Shown: positions 62,970 to 64,000 of the stretch, one piece after another
How the letters are laid out: every line of letters starts with the position of its first letter
Numbering within the stretch: the stretch's first letter is position 1
Assembly (NCBI GenBank): GCA_039815185.1
Contig: JBCBZT010000002.1
Span: forward strand, 1 to 64,000
Length of the DNA stretch: 64,000 bases
Direction: 5' to 3'
From: Cyanobacteria bacterium P01_A01_bin.123
Lineage (GTDB): Bacteria > Cyanobacteriota > Cyanobacteriia > Phormidesmidales > Phormidesmidaceae
Notes under the pieces: model-generated
What the model saw: the letters and a program-made list of their open reading frames with translations, nothing else
What the model was told of the DNA's origin: nothing
Databases searched by the model: none
Position numbers and translations under genes: made by a program

Positions 62970-63950
62970 TCACAAGCGATAGCCCAACTGACCAGCGGTC
63001 TCTCCTGCAATCTTTTTAATCAGGGAGACCTCTATCCGGCTGAGCTGACTGCTGTATTTTCGAATGGGTTCCTCGATCCGTTGTCCTAAGAGGGTTCGAT
63101 CCACCTTTAATTCGATGAAATCTTCTATCTTGGAGATTTCTCCGTCTTTGCCAATCAAATCTTCGTAGCGTACGATCAGGCTCTTTAGCCCAGCGACTTG
63201 AGTGGCAAAACCCTCCGCAAGGTATGACCAAAATGTCGCAAAGTCAGTTGCCGTATCAACCCTTAAATTAGGCCATTGAATATACCATGCACGGCCTTTA
63301 TAAGACCGATAGGCATCGATGGGATTGCGCGTCAAAAAGATAAATTTAGCGTTTGGAAACAGCCAGTTTAAATACAAGGCCTGATCAATATTTAACCGGA
63401 CTTCTTTCATGCCCCAATGCTTAAATCCCTGTTTAAGCGCCGGGTCTTGAAGTAACTTGATGAAAAAACTTTGGTGTGCATCATAAAGCGCTTGAACTGG
63501 CGGAAAGAGGCAAGCAGTCCAGGTTGTCGTCAATGCCTGAACATCGTCTGATGATATGGGCTGAAAGCATCCATCGTAAGGATAGTCAGATTTGAATGCC
63601 CTCAAATGTGAAAATAATGCATGACTTGGCATCGTGTCAGAATAGGGTTCTCCCCAGATCAAGGCCTCTCCACTACTCATCACCAAACGCTGTAACAGGG
63701 TAGATCCGGTTCGCCAACCCGTCGCGCAAATAAAAATTGGAGCATGGCTTTCGCCAGAATTTTGGGTCAAGTCATACACTTGTGATAACCGTTCAAGCAA
63801 AGCCAGAGACTCACTGTACTCGCCATAAACTCTCTTAAGTTCAGATTTCCTTACATTAGCCCTGAGATAAGGCTTGATGTAAGGGCAGTAAATCGATCTG
63901 TAGTAGAGTTGCCAGGAATATTTCAGGGGATTCTTTAAAGGCATCAGCAA
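62970..63950 (-). CDS. Sulfotransferase-family protein
   Basis: PAPS-binding motifs GWRTGSTLL and TRNPIDAYRS; RYEDL. Confidence 0.85.
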   Translation of the reverse strand: MLMPLKNPLKYSWQLYYRSIYCPYIKPYLRANVRKSELKRVYGEYSESLALLERLSQVYDLTQNSGESHAPIFICATGWRTGSTLLQRLVMSSGEALIWGEPYSDTMPSHALFSHLRAFKSDYPYDGCFQPISSDDVQALTTTWTACLFPPVQALYDAHQSFFIKLLQDPALKQGFKHWGMKEVRLNIDQALYLNWLFPNAKFIFLTRNPIDAYRSYKGRAWYIQWPNLRVDTATDFATFWSYLAEGFATQVAGLKSLIVRYEDLIGKDGEISKIEDFIELKVDRTLLGQRIEEPIRKYSSQLSRIEVSLIKKIAGETAGQLGYRL

Positions 63951-64000
63951 GTATATTGGGGCTGACTATTGCAACGTCCAATTGTAGGCATGATCGCTAC

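Noticed and set aside
500..63231. Many short overlapping or antisense ORFs in the track (e.g. 1451-1822, 22878-23300, 38283-38759, 45903-46430)
   Set aside because: They are shadow frames of well-supported genes with no recognisable motifs.

Overview
Cyanobacterial chromosome segment, identified by frequent HIP1 GCGATCGC sites and phycobiliprotein genes; probably a phycoerythrin producer. Left flank (1-26 kb): an ISKra4 end, iscA, dusA, grpE-dnaK-dnaJ-tusA-rsgA divergent from pilBTC, and a cpeU-like/pebAB/cpcBA/cpcEF/cpeF-like cluster. Right flank (51.8-64 kb): a TPP-riboswitch-controlled Na+:solute symporter, dxs, lptA/B/FG, a GST, msrP and a sulfotransferase. The middle ~26 kb is a mosaic island with three layers. 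(1) An apparent methylated-amine nitrogen-scavenging gene set, two units of which carry NtcA boxes: an orphan signal-less SBP with a short Tdm (TMAO demethylase), Tmm (TMA monooxygenase) with a MOSC protein, and a non-canonical GS-like gamma-glutamyl-amine ligase with a secreted copper amine oxidase. (2) An integrase-less attC-like cassette array preceded by a ~41-bp periodic motif array. (3) Defence and toxin-antitoxin cargo, including helicase+DUF2290, a HEPN-like gene, and an alpha/beta-hydrolase/NACHT pair apparently joined by a -1 frameshift signal (CGC-CCT-TAA plus a GC-rich hairpin). All family calls come from motif recognition by eye; no database searches were run.
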